This document shows positions 45,426 to 60,996 of a stretch of DNA of 64,000 nt, piece by piece (the stretch's first letter is position 1; every line of letters starts with the position of its first letter). The translations under genes and the position numbers were made by a program. Origin of the DNA: the human T2T-CHM13v2.0 reference genome, Homo sapiens. Under the pieces are notes generated by a model, which made no database searches, was not told where the DNA came from, and saw only the letters and a program-made list of their open reading frames with translations. The stretch is from assembly GCF_009914755.1 (NCBI RefSeq), contig NC_060928.1; one strand, 5' to 3'.

Positions 45426-46590
45426 TAGGGAATGTTTATTTCTAGATCTTTGAAGGCAGGGGCTATATTATTTATTTAGATTTTTAAAATTGTTCATATC
45501 CCTCAGGGCTTATAGAATAATGCTTAAAACATAGTGACTATACAGTAAATGCTCATTGAATGAATAATAAACAATGAGATAATTTCTCACTTGGGGAAAA
45601 ATGAAAAATGTGTATTTGATCATTGTTAAACACAACCTCAAAGCCATCACCTACAGAACTTAAGAAAAATATTCAGTGCTTCCTTTTATTTGTCTCAGAT
45701 ATCACACTTTGGTTTACCTATTAGTGCCTCGATCTGAAAAGTCAACTTAAAATATAAGAAGGCTCCAAATTAGAGTGTGATATATTCCTAAAAACCCATA
45801 CGATAGAGTGTGATTCTTATGGAAATAATATTATAATTGACACATATTTTCAAGAAGGATTTGTCAACAAATCACAGAAATGATGATTAGTGTGTCATAA
45901 TAACAGAAAGCTACAATGATTTAAAAGTGTAAAATTATGCCTTATGTCCTAGAAAGTGAACATATACTTACAGTAAATATTTATGAAACAAGGAGTCCAA
46001 ATGTACTATAAATTGTATATATTACACATAAAACACAACTCTATTCTGCCATAAATATGACTTAAAACTAACATGCTAGTGATAATAATTCTTGAAAGCT
46101 TCGCTAGATCCCATTGATCTTGTTCAGGGCTTATTGCAGTCCTTTTCACATAGAAGATGCCCAAGAAATGCTTCTGAATTGAATTAAACTGAATCTGTGC
46201 AAAGTTCATAAAGCACTTTCACATCCATCATGCCATTTTGTTCTCTTAATAATACTTCTGTATGCTTAGTAGAGAGTATCCCAATTTACAGACAAAATGA
46301 GGATCATAACAACTTAGTCACATTTTTTAAGATCAGAAAATTATTGAGTTGTGATGCAAAAGCTCTTATCTACTTTTTTTTGGCTCTAAGTTTAGTGTGT
46401 TTCCATGTTGCCTCACACAAATATTGATGATTCAGATGACCCAGGTCTGCACAAAAAAGTTTGCATAGCCAAGTGCTTTTTCTCTTAACAACTTTTTCTG
46501 GAGCAGAGACATTCAAAATCATTTGATTTATCTTAGTTCTGCCTCAATATAAAATAATATTTGAATGGGAGTGAATTTCCTATTGATGAG

Positions 46591-46969
46591 TGTTATAGTT
46601 TGGATTTATACCCCACCCAATCTCATGTGGAATTGTGATCCCCAGTGTTGGAGGAGGGGCCTGGTGGGAGGTGATTGGATCATGGAGGGCGAACCTCCCC
46701 CTTGCTGTTCTCCTGATAATGAGTTCTCATGAGATCTGGTTGTTCAAAAGTGTGTAGCACCTTCCCCGTCTCTCTCTTCCTCCTGCTCCGTCCATGGAGG
46801 ACAGATCTGCTTCCCCTTCACATTCCATCACGATTGCAAGTTTCCTGAGGCCTCCCCAGCCATGCTTCCTGTGCAGCCTGTGGAACTGTGAACCAGTTAA
46901 TTATCTTTTCTTTATAAATTATGCTGTGTCAGGTAGCTCTTTATAGGAATGCGAGAACGGCCTAATACA
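46591..46969 (+). mobile_element. MaLR solo LTR MSTA/MSTB-like, 5-bp TSD atgag/ttgag
   Basis: tgttatagtttggat..ccccagtgttggaggaggggcctggtgggaggtgattggatcatgg...aagtttcctgaggcctcccc...cctaataca. Confidence 0.95.
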
Positions 46970-47309
46970 TTGAGTAAGATAAGTTGGGTGTTTTTCTCAC
47001 CCAACGATAATTTCAACAGGAAAGTCTGGCCTAAAGTTTATCCCTGCTTCTTCTCCTATGCCAGTTATTTTTATAAAGAACTACAGTTTGCTATCAGGAC
47101 AAAGAAAGGCTACTTTAATACATTAAGCAATGACTTCGCTCCATTTGGTCTTTGTGTATGAACTCAGGGTGCTTCCCATTTTATGGAAAACTTGACACAA
47201 CAATTACCACCCAAATAACCTATAATTTTATAAGGTAATCCAATGCATCTACCAAAAATTGTCAAAACAGGAAAAGAATGGTATGTCAAGGGAGCATCCT
47301 TTATTAGAA

Positions 47310-47570
47310 AGTGAGTGTGCTGCAGTGTTCAAAACCATGGCTTCCAATGTCAGATTCTCTGTGTTCCAGTCTCTTCTCTGCTTCTTACTAGAAGAGTGAG
47401 CTTAGCAAGTTACTGAAACCGCTCAGTGTCATAGTTTTGTCATCTGAAAATGGATATAAGAATGATACCAACCTCATATGATTGCTGTGAAGATTAAACA
47501 TGTTAAAATACATAAAACTGATAATCATTCTTAACAAGAAGCAAGAATTTAATGAACTGTAGCAAGTACT
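47310..47570 (+). mobile_element. MIR
   Basis: ttactag..gtgagcttagcaagttact..ctcagtgtcatagttttgtcatctgaaaatggatataag..acctcata..gtgaagattaaa. Confidence 0.85.
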
Positions 47571-49014
47571 GTTATTGGTTATACATTTTTGAACAATAGT
47601 GGGAACTTCTAATTGTCTGCCTAAAATGTGCTAAGGATTAGAAAACTAGACAATTATGCTTAACATAGATTTCAGTAAAATCTGAGCTAATAGTATCTAC
47701 ATGTAGATTGAATGACTCATACAAGGTAAAAAGTGCTAGTTGTTCTGTTTACTAGAATTCTGAAATTCACTTTTGGAGTCACAATTATGTTTAACTACTA
47801 GATTAGGAGAGGACTTCTTTGCTTTTATCACTCTGTTTCTCAAACAATTGGCACATTGTTGGTGCTCAGTAAATTCTTCTGTAATGAATGAGTAAATAAA
47901 TGAACAAATTAACAGGATTTCCAGAAGTTTGACTTGTGATTAGGTTACCATATAACTACCAAACCTATTAAGTTGGCCATCTTGATTTTACTACTGAATG
48001 CATTAGCTTGACATGTAGATACACTCTTCTGAAATATAGCTTTTGAAGTTTAGAAAGATGTAGCTGCATTATAAATTTTTTCAGTGCTAATTGTTAGTTT
48101 TTCGATTACTGCAATCCCAGTATTTTCACATTACCTATGCTCTTCTACTTATATGAAACATAGCAGAAAGAGACCATAATCTAATACATTTAAATTTGCC
48201 ACAATGGAAAAGGAAATACATGGCTGTTAAGTAGAAGCTAAATGTTAAAAACTGTATTTAAATATGATCTTTGCAAAGGTTAATGACTTTTCTGAAGACA
48301 GAGACTTTGTATTTTATGTTTTATCTTTGTCTTGAAGATTTTGGTGCAGACCAACCATTAATAATTCAAAAGTAGTTTCATAAAAAATAGTATGTGGGGG
48401 TCATTTTGTGCTGTGACCCTCTGTCTGGTTTACTGACTTAAGGAAAGATGAATGACCTGAAAGAAGAGTTTATTCCCTTCCTGAGGGCTCGGAAAGACTT
48501 GGGAACTACTTTCATAACCTAGAGATTTTGAAACTTCCATTATAATATGGATAAAAAAGAAGTGAACCACAATATTAGTTTTAATGGCATGTTGAAATGT
48601 ATAATTCTGTTTGTTTTGTCATATTCTGTGAACATGAGATACTCCCTGGCCTTCAAATTTTATTTGCTTATTGGCTGTTTGGAGCTTGATACTTTGCTAC
48701 ATGAACAATGTTAGCAACTGAGATAGAGAAACAACTACCTCCCTCCCCTCCGCTCCCCTGCTACACTGCAATCATCATTTCTATAGAAAATATCATTCCA
48801 AATTCTAGCTTTTATTTCTGCCTAATTCTATGATTATTAGGAAGTAGATGCTCCTTAAATTTTGCATGACAAAGTGATTTCAATAACATTTCTCTGGAGC
48901 AGCCCCAGAATTGGAGCTGTCATCTGCATCTGACCCTTTCCTTAGGGCCTCAATGCCCAAGGAATGGGAAAGATTTTGTCCTAAGGGTCTGTGGGTTGAA
49001 TGTGGGAATAAAAT

Positions 49015-49200
49015 ATTAATACTCCAGATAACAGAAGTTACTTTTTATGGCATACTCATTATGTGCCAGGTACTGTGCAAAGCACCTTACATGCATTATT
49101 TCATTTGATTCTAGGAATGCTCACTTTAAGAATGAGGAGACTAAGGCTGAGAATAAGCAACTTGTCTAAGATCATAGAGCTACAAGTGTCTAAACCAGAA
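49015..49200 (-). mobile_element. MIR
   Basis: atgtgccaggtactgtgcaaagcaccttacatgcattatttcattt..gaatgaggagactaaggct..cttgtctaagatcatagagcta. Confidence 0.85.
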
Positions 49201-50229
49201 TATTGTGGCTCCTGTTTATATCTCTCTCTCTTCCTGCCCAGCCCCCAAAGTTATTTTGCTTTGGTGGCTTCTCTGTCCCTGCAGAAGAGGCCAGACACAG
49301 TACTGAGACTTGGTAAATTCAGTTGGGAAAAGAGATAGGAAGCTTGTTGTCCATGGGTTCAAGTCACATGAATCTCACCACCTTTCTCAGCAAAAGCAAG
49401 TGTATTTTTCTCCACCTGACTCCCATGTCTATTCCTAATTGCTTCTAATTTTTAGGAGGAAAGATTATGATTGACTACCAACCTTCAGACACCAGGTTGG
49501 GGAACTGTCTCTGTGTAGCACTGTGTTGTGATACTGTTTAATGTTTGTTGGTTGGTGCTTTAGAGATCTTCTTTGGGGACTACAAATCCCTTTGCAAATA
49601 GCACTATAGGTACAAGATCAATTGAAATAATAATAATAATAAAAAAACAGAACTAAACAGAACACAAAAACCATATTGGGTGAACGGAAACTCATATCTA
49701 CATTAAACCACCTTTGCAGTGTGCTGATGGACGAAAGTGACATTTACACAGAAATGCCCTGAAGGAGAAAGAAACAAGAGTTGAAACAAAAGCACCACAA
49801 ACAATGTGGCACATAAACCTGAAAACAGGAAGAGTGACCTTTCCAAAGGTTAGAAATGTACTGTTCAGCCTCTAAAATTCATATCATTTTTGGTATCAAA
49901 ATTTCCTCAAGCTCCAAGTTGGTGTTTTCCTCAACATGGTTGAGTTGAAAACTGTTGTAGCTTAAACTTCAGGTCTTCAAGTGAAACCAGCATAAAGTCT
50001 GGGCCAGGGAAATGTTTCCCTGGGGGTAACATAGAATAGCCAGTGGGCCTCTTTGAAATCAATTGCCCCCATCTTTTCTTTCTGTAGTTGACAGATGAGA
50101 ATTGCAGAAAGTAACATCCAACCCTTTGAACTTTTGTTCTCTAAAGGTTTCATCTGACTGTCATTCTATGGCCAGGTAAACCTTCCTAAAGTACCACTTT
50201 CTTCAACAGACTATAAACCAGCAACAGTG

Positions 50230-50716
50230 AGTATTACTCAGGTCTCATAGGGTTTGGGTACAAACTTAGTGTGTCAAGAGAACTAGAGAAGTTTGTTGGA
50301 AAGAATATAACCCTTGGAGAAGAAGTGAGGGTGGTCTACAACGGCCTGAAGGACTTTTACAAGGAAGAGGGGTGTCTACATCATAGACCCTTGGTCTCCA
50401 TTCTGATGTGCTCAGATCCCCTTTACCATCGCTGTGAAACATTATTATTTACCATTTCTGGGAAATGAAATTCTGTTTATTCTGGAAAACAAGATTAGGA
50501 TGAGTAGATAACAGAGAGAAGCAGATTTTGAATCAATACAAGAAAGAACTTTTTACAAATTGAATTTCTCAAACATGATTTGTGAGAAACTACCTGGAAA
50601 TATTTAGATAGAAGCTGGATGAGTAATATTGGTACTGTGCTTGGGCAGCATTCATGCATGAGGTGTGGCATTACTTTTAGGGTTTCGTACCAATTCCTTA
50701 CTCTCAGATTGTCATG
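50230..50716 (+). mobile_element. L3/CR1 LINE 3' end (ancient)
   Basis: aacccttggagaagaa, ctgaaggacttttacaaggaagaggg, gcagattttgaatcaatacaagaaagaacttt, ctggaaatatttagatagaagctggatga and ccttactctcagattgtcatg follow the CR1/L3 3' consensus order. Confidence 0.7.
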
Positions 50717-51769
50717 GTACATGAATGAGCCTCAAACATTCACAGGTGAGTGCCAAATTTGAGCAGTATTTAACATGGATATTTTACAGTGCCTGTGTAT
50801 TTCAGTTGTTATAGAGCTCTCTGTCTATGTCAAGTGTGGAGTGTAGCTGGGTGGGCTGCCCAGTTCAGGAGAAACAACTGCTACATGTGTGAGGCATAAC
50901 ATCAAATTGGCTCCAAGTTAAAAATTTGTGTAAGAACTTTATCTTTCAAGTATATATAACAGTGATTGAAGCAGAACATGGTCTGACAGAAAAAAAAGTG
51001 GAGAGCTAAATGCTGACTGAGTAAATGTTATGCAACTGAGACTGATACACAGTGATTGGGTACTGCAAGAGACTGACAGACTGAGACAAGGATTGAACTA
51101 AATTTTTGCTTACTTAGTTAGTGGTACTTTAAATTTTTTAATTTTCCTATATGGATTACCAAATTCCAGTATTTGAAATCCTACACACACACAAAGATTA
51201 ACAATTGGATTTCAACACCCTCCTCCTCAACCTTCAAAGTCTCCCCTATCTGGAGGATAAAAACTCCAGTTGTGGTTGAGTATGCACAAACTCTCACACA
51301 GCCCCAGGAGCAGGTTTTATGGTAGCAGAGTCAGAGTTTTTGTTTTTGTTTTTGAATCTAGAGAAAAAGAAAGAAGAGATATAGTGTCAGGCATAATTCA
51401 TATATGAAAAAGAAGTATTACGTTGGGAGAGGGTGGAAGACAGGTTAGAGATGGCAACAAGAAAGACAAAAGCAAAAAATCATAAGAATTCAAGGTAAAA
51501 AATAAACAAAGCTAAATAATTGGAAATGAATACTATGATTGCCCTGAGGGGAACTAACAGATGTGGGCATGAAATCCTTCACAAGGCAGAGATGAGGTAA
51601 CTTCTGCCAAATGACACCTTCCCAGAAGTACCGAATGCTTGGAAACTTGGATACCTTAATCTTCCTCTTAATCTTCCTGGCCTTAATCTTACTACATAAA
51701 ATCTAGATTTATTTTGAATCACCTTGCACTTCTTCATCCTGCTCCAGTTTTTCTGGTTTACTCCTAGTA

Positions 51770-52110
51770 GTTTGTTCATTGATTTTATTTGTATAAATAT
51801 CCTCATCTCAGGCAAGCTAAATCCTACCCATCCCTAATGGCCTAGCTTCAGACTCTTCTCCACTATGAAGTGTTACATAGTCCTTCCAGCCCACAGAACT
51901 TACTTTTATGTTGAAACCAAAGCACATTGCTTGTGCTATTTATTTGACCCTTGTCACATAGTATCTTCTGAGATTTTCTCTTGCATTTATATATTGAGTC
52001 TTGTATATTAGGTATTTGTAGATTTGCCTTCTCAGTGATGTATTAAATTGCTTGTGCCTTGACTTCCCAAGTAGATCTCAGTGCAGAGAATCATCCACTA
52101 TAAATGCAAA
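51770..52110 (+). mobile_element. L2 fragment
   Basis: aatcctacccatccctaatggcctagcttcagact.cttctccactatgaag..tccttccagccc. Confidence 0.55.
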
Positions 52111-52880
52111 TTATATCTATTTGGGTTGTCAGATTGCACATGTCAAAATTTACACTAGGTAACATAACTGCTGAGAGTTAGGAGAGATTGCTGAGGACTG
52201 ATGTGCTAGTCGGAAAGCCACAATGGAGGTGAGGGGAATGAAGGTAGCTGAAGGACGTAACCTTAAGAGTCAAAACCTTTCAGCAGTGGTGTGCAGATGC
52301 TGTAGAAGAATAACATGTAGTAACAGAAACAATTGATAGTATTTATTGCTATGTGCTAAATGCTTTACTTATATTCTCTTATTTAATCTTTCAACAAATT
52401 TAATTTCTTCCAGAAGGTGTAATGACAAATAAAAACTGGTATATTTAAGATATACAATGCAATATTTTGATAGCCATATACATTATGAAGTGATTAGCAC
52501 AATAAGGCTAATTAACATACCTGTCACCTCACATATGGTTTTGTGTGTGCATGTGGTAAGATCTACTCTCCTAGCAATACTTAGTTATTAACTGTAGTAA
52601 CCATGTTGTACATTAGGCCTTCAAAATTTACTCATCTTACAAGTGAAAGTTGATACCCTGATGAGCAAAATTTCCCATTTCCCCCCACCCATTCCTTAGT
52701 AACTACCATTCTACTCTGCTTCTCTGAGTTCTCCTTTTTTTGATTCTACATTTAAGTGAGATTATGTAGTGTTTGTCTTTCTATGTCTGCCTAATTTCAG
52801 TTAGCATAATGTTCTCCAGGTTCATCCATGTTGTTGCAAATGGCAGGGTATTCTTTATAGAGGTTTAATAGTATTCTGGG

Positions 52881-52906
52881 GTGTGTGTGTGTGTGTGTGT
52901 GTGTGT
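52881..52906. repeat. (GT)n microsatellite
   Basis: Direct reading. Confidence 0.95.
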
Positions 52907-54316
52907 ATCACATTGTCTTTATTCATCTATGGACCAACACTTAGCTTGTTTCCATATCTTGGCTACTGTGAATAATGCTTCAGTGAATATGGGAGTGCAG
53001 ATAATCTCTTCAAAATACTGATTTCATATCTTTTGGATATATACCTAGTAGTGGGATTGCTGGATTATATGGTAGTTCTATTTTTTATTTTTTGAGAAGC
53101 CTCCATGTTATTTTCCGTAACAGTTGTACCAATTTATATTTCCACTAGAAGTGTATAAAGATTCTCTTTTCTGTACATCCTTGTCAATGCTTGTTATCTT
53201 TTGACTTTTTGATAATAGTCATTCTAACAATTGTGCGGTGGTATCTCCTTGTGGTTTTGATTTACATTTTTATAATGATTAGTGGTGTTGAACATCTTTA
53301 CATATACCTTTTGGCTGTTTTTTGGGTTCATTGGAAAAATGTCTTTTAAGGTTTTTTGCCCATTTTAAAATTAGGTTATTTGATTTTTGCTCTTAGAGTT
53401 CTATGAGTTCCTTATATATTTTAGATACTAACTTCTTATTGAATATGTGGTTTGCAAATATTTTCTACCATTCCACAGGTTGCCTTTTCATTTTCTTGAT
53501 TGTCTCTTTTGCTGTGCAGAAACTTTTTAGTCGATGTGGTTCCACTTTTTTATTTTTGATTTTATTGCTGATGCTTTTGGTGTTATGTCCAAAAAAATCA
53601 TTGACAAGATGGATGTCATGAAGATTTCCCCCTATGTTTTCTTCTAGGAGTTTTACCTCTTTAGATCTCATGTCTAAATCTTTCATCCATTTTAAGTTGA
53701 TGTTTGTGTGTAGTGTAAGATAAGGATTATTTTATTTTTTTCACATGTGGATATCCAGTTTCCCAGCACCATCTATTGAAAAGACTATCCTTCTTTACTC
53801 TATCTCATTGTGCATTCTTGGCATCTTTGTAGAAGATGAGTTGACAGTATCTGTATGGGTTTATTTATGGGCTTTCTATTCTGTTCTCTTTCTTTATACA
53901 TACTGTTTTGATTAGTTTAGCTTTGTAATATAATTTGAAATCAAGACGGGTGAGGCCTTCAGCTTTGTTCTTCTTGCTCAAGATTGCTTTAGCAATTTGA
54001 AGTGTTTCATGGCTTTAAATAAATGTTAGGATTGTTTTTACATTTTTTGTGAAAAATGCCATTGGAATTTTTAATGTGATTTGATTGACTCTGTAGAGTG
54101 TTTTGGGTTGTTTGAATATTTTGACAATATTGACTTCTGATGCATGAACATGGGATATATTTCCATTTATTTTTGTCTTCTTAAATTTCTTCCATTAATG
54201 TTTGATAGTTTTCAGTGTACAAGTCTTTCACCATCTTGGTTAAATTTATTCCTAAGCATTTTTACTTGGTTATAAAGGCGATTGTATTCTTAATTTGTAT
54301 TTCAGATAGTTCACGG

Positions 54317-57290
<2,974 letters not shown>

Positions 57291-58948
57291 AAGAGTATGC
57301 CATCTGCAAAAAGAAACAATTTTAATTTTTTCTTTTCAATTTGGATGCCGTTTTCTTTCTTTCTTTTTTTCCTTTTAATATTTTTGTTTTTATTGTTTAG
57401 TTGCTCTGGCCAAGACTTACAGTACTATGTTAGATAGAAATGATGAGTGTGTCATTTCTATTTAACTTGTCTTCTCCCTGATAGGCCATATATGACCTTT
57501 ATTGTGTTGAGGTACATTCCTTATATGCCTAATTTGTTGAGAGTTTTTATTGTACAGGGAGGTTGAATTTTGTCAAGTGGTTTTTTTTTTTTTATCTATT
57601 GAGGTGATCATATAATTTTTATCCTATTGATGTGGATTATCTTATTTATTGATTTTCATATGTTGAACCATCTTTTTATCCCAGGGATAAATCCCACTTG
57701 ATCACTGTACTATCCCTTTATTGTGCTGTTGAATTTGGTTTGCTAGTGTTTTGTTGAAGATTTTGGCATCCATGTTAATCAGGGATATTCACCTGTAATT
57801 TTCTTTTCTTGTGGTGTCCTTGTCTGGCTGTGCTATTAGAGTAATGCTGGCCTTGTTACATGAGTTTGAAAGTATGTCCTCATCTTCAATGTTTTGAAAG
57901 AATTTGAGAAGCATTGGTATTAATTCTTTAAAAACTTGCTAGAATTCAGCAATAAAACCATCAGGTACTGGATTTTTCTTTGATGGGAGATTTTTGATTA
58001 CTGATTCAGTTTCCTTACCTTATGGATCTTCTCAAATTTTCTATTTTTCAGGATTCAGTCTTAGTATGTTGTATATTTCTAGGAATTTATCAATTTATTT
58101 TAGGTTATTTAACTTGTAAGCATATAATTGGTCATAGTATTATCTTATGATCCTTTGAACTTCTGTGTTTCTGTGGTATCATTTTTAATACCTTCTCTTT
58201 CATTTCTTGTTTTATTTGTCTTCTGTATTTTATTCTTAATCTAGATGAAGGTTTATCAGTTTTATCTTTTCAAAAAACAACTCTTAGTTTTGTTGATCTT
58301 TTCTATTGTTTTTCTAGTTTCTATTCTATTTATTTCTGCTCTGATCTTTGTTATTCCCTTCTATCTGCTGACTGTGGGCTTAGTATGTTTTTCTTTTTCT
58401 ATTTACTTGAGGTCTAAAGTTAGGTTGTTTTGTTTGTTTGTTTTTTGAGATCTTTCTGTTTTCTTAACGTAGGTTTATCACAATAAACTTCCCTCTTAGA
58501 ACTTCTTTTGCTGCATTCTATAAGTTTTTTTCCTTTATCTTTTGGTTTTACCATAGGTTTTTGCCTTGTTGTTTACAATGAGACTTGCATAAAGTATCTT
58601 AGAGTTATGAAAGTCTATTTAAAAAGTAATAACTAAACTTCAATCACATACGATAACTCTACATTCACTCCACCATTTTATGTTTTTGGTGTCACAATTT
58701 ACTTCTTTTGACATGAGGTAGCCATTAACAAATTACTGTAGCTTTAGTTATCTTAATACTTTTGTATTTTAACTTTTACGGTAGAGTTTTAAATGATATA
58801 CAAAACACCATTATATTATTATAAATTTCACTATATATTTACCTTTAACAGTGAATTTTATACTTTCATATGTTTTTATGTTATGAATTAGCTTTCTTTT
58901 GTTTCCACTTAATGGCTCAAATTAACATTACCTATAAGGTAGGTGTAG

Positions 58949-59021
58949 TGAGCTCCAGTGATCTGCCCTCCTTGCCCTCCCGAAGTGCTGAGATTACAGG
59001 CATGAGCCACCGCGCCCGGCC
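58949..59021 (-). mobile_element. Alu remnant (only the first ~70 nt of the left arm)
   Basis: gtgatctgccctccttgccctcccgaagtgctgagattacaggcatgagccaccgcgcccggcc. Confidence 0.9.
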
Positions 59022-59633
59022 TCAGTCATTATTTCTTTAAGTAAACTTTCCTTTTCTTTCTCTTACTCTCCTCCTTCTAGACTCCATAATACAAATTTAA
59101 TTCTCTCAATACTGTCTCATAAATCCAGCAGGCTTTTTAAATTTCTTTTCTTTTTCCCCCCCTTCCGACTGGATTTGTTTTAATGGCTTTTAGTTCACAG
59201 ATTTCTTTTTCTGCCCAGTCAGGCCTGCTGTGGATGCTCTCTATTGTATTTAAAATTTTATTCATCGTATTCCTCAGCTTCAGAATTTCTATTTCGCTTG
59301 TTTCAATGATTTCTATCTCTTTGTTTAACTTCTCATTTTGTTTATGTATTGTTTTTCTGATATCATTGAGTTGTCTGTGTTCTCTTGTAGTTCACTGAGC
59401 TTCCTTAAAACAATTGTTTTGAATTATTTTTCAGACAATTTATAGATCTCCATTTCTTTGGAGTCAGTTGTTGTCATATTACTGTGTTCTGTTGATGTCA
59501 TGTTTTCTTGATTTTTTCATGTTCCTGAAGTCTTGCATTGTTGTCTTCACATTTTAAGAAGCAGTCATCTCCTTCAGTCATCTTTACTGAATGGCTTTGG
59601 GAGAGAAACACCTTCACCAAACAGCCAAGCCAG

Positions 59634-60054
59634 CATTAAAATGAACTACATATGGCCTGGGAAGGACTCCATACTATTATATTTGAGTCCTTGTGGACGA
59701 ACTGTAACCTAGCTTAGATAGGTAGACAAGATTGAAAACCTAACTTAGGAGTATGTGCTTGTAACAATTGCTGAGTCTTGGCCAATCCCAGTGTCCGTAC
59801 TTCAACCAGTCATACACTGCTGAGTGTCCAAACAAGGGAAATGCCAACCTGTAACCAATCCAGACATTCTGTACCTCATTTCCAATTTCTGTATGTCATT
59901 TCCCTTTTGTTGTCTATAAATCTCCTTCCATCACGTGGCTTCACTGGAGTCTCTGTGAATCTGCTGTGATTCTGGGGGCTGCCCAATTTGGGAATACCTC
60001 ATTGCCCAATTAAACTCTTCTAAATTTAATTTGGCTGAAGTTTTTCTTTTATCA
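59634..60054 (+). mobile_element. ERV1 solo LTR MER57A-like, 4-bp TSD ccag/ctag
   Basis: atatggcctgggaaggactcc..tatatttgagtccttgtggacgaactgtaacct..gtagacaagattgaaaacctaacttaggagtat..ttggccaatccc..ctataaat..attaaactc..tttttcttttatca. Confidence 0.9.
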
Positions 60055-60971
60055 CTAGTAATTTTGAGACTCTCTCAGACCTTTCCTATGAATTTACTTG
60101 ATCCACATCTCTTGTTGTTTCTTAGGGTGAATTCCTTACATTGTGTACCCTCTCAAGATCTTGCTAAACCAGGCTAGAGCTGATAGCCCTCCTTTTTATT
60201 TTTTTCTTCTATGGTGATTCCCTGAAATACTCAAGTTTGTCTGCCTCCTGTCAATCCCACAGAGTTAAGCTTCGTTATTTACATGAGACACTTGCACTTG
60301 CTGTCTATGAGGACATGCTCAAGAAGTCTGCCTGGGAGTTGTGGTAAGGTGTGTGGAATATTTGGGATGCCCATCAACAAGTTGGGGGTTCCACAGAAGA
60401 GGGGTTGAGTTCTTGGAGTGATTGTTAGGGTTCACTGCCTTTCTTCCCTGCTCCAAGCCTCTCTCAGCTATTCAGCCTTGCTGATCACCTCAGTATTCTG
60501 GGTGGAGTGAATGAGAAGTGAGCCTAGGCCAGGATATTTGGATTCTCACTCATTATACTTTCAGTATTTCCTGTGGGAGAAATTCTGGGCCAAGGGGATC
60601 TCTCCTGGCAGTGGGCTGTGCCACTTTGAGGGAAGGGTGACATAGGTGAAATAAAACTATTCTTACTCTCTCCAATGCATCTGTTCTTGGAATTTTGTTC
60701 CAGCAACGTGCTAGAATTTCTCTGATGGACTCCTGGACTACCATAAATGTACTCTCATCTGTGGGTTGTTCTCAAAATTGATGCTTCTGTGGGGGCATGA
60801 TGGTATAATTGAGAAAATTGTTTTTTTGAGCTTTATCTGCTTATGATGATCTTGGAGCTTCAAGATCCTGATGGGACAGAGACCACAATTTACGATGTAC
60901 TGCTCAATTTTATTTTTGATTTTTAATGTTGTTCAGGCACTTTGCATTCCCTCAGAACATCTACTGTAGGA

Positions 60972-60996
60972 TTTTTTTTTTTTTTTTTTTTTTTTT
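60972..60996. repeat. Pure poly-T (25 nt)
   Basis: Direct reading. Confidence 0.95.
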
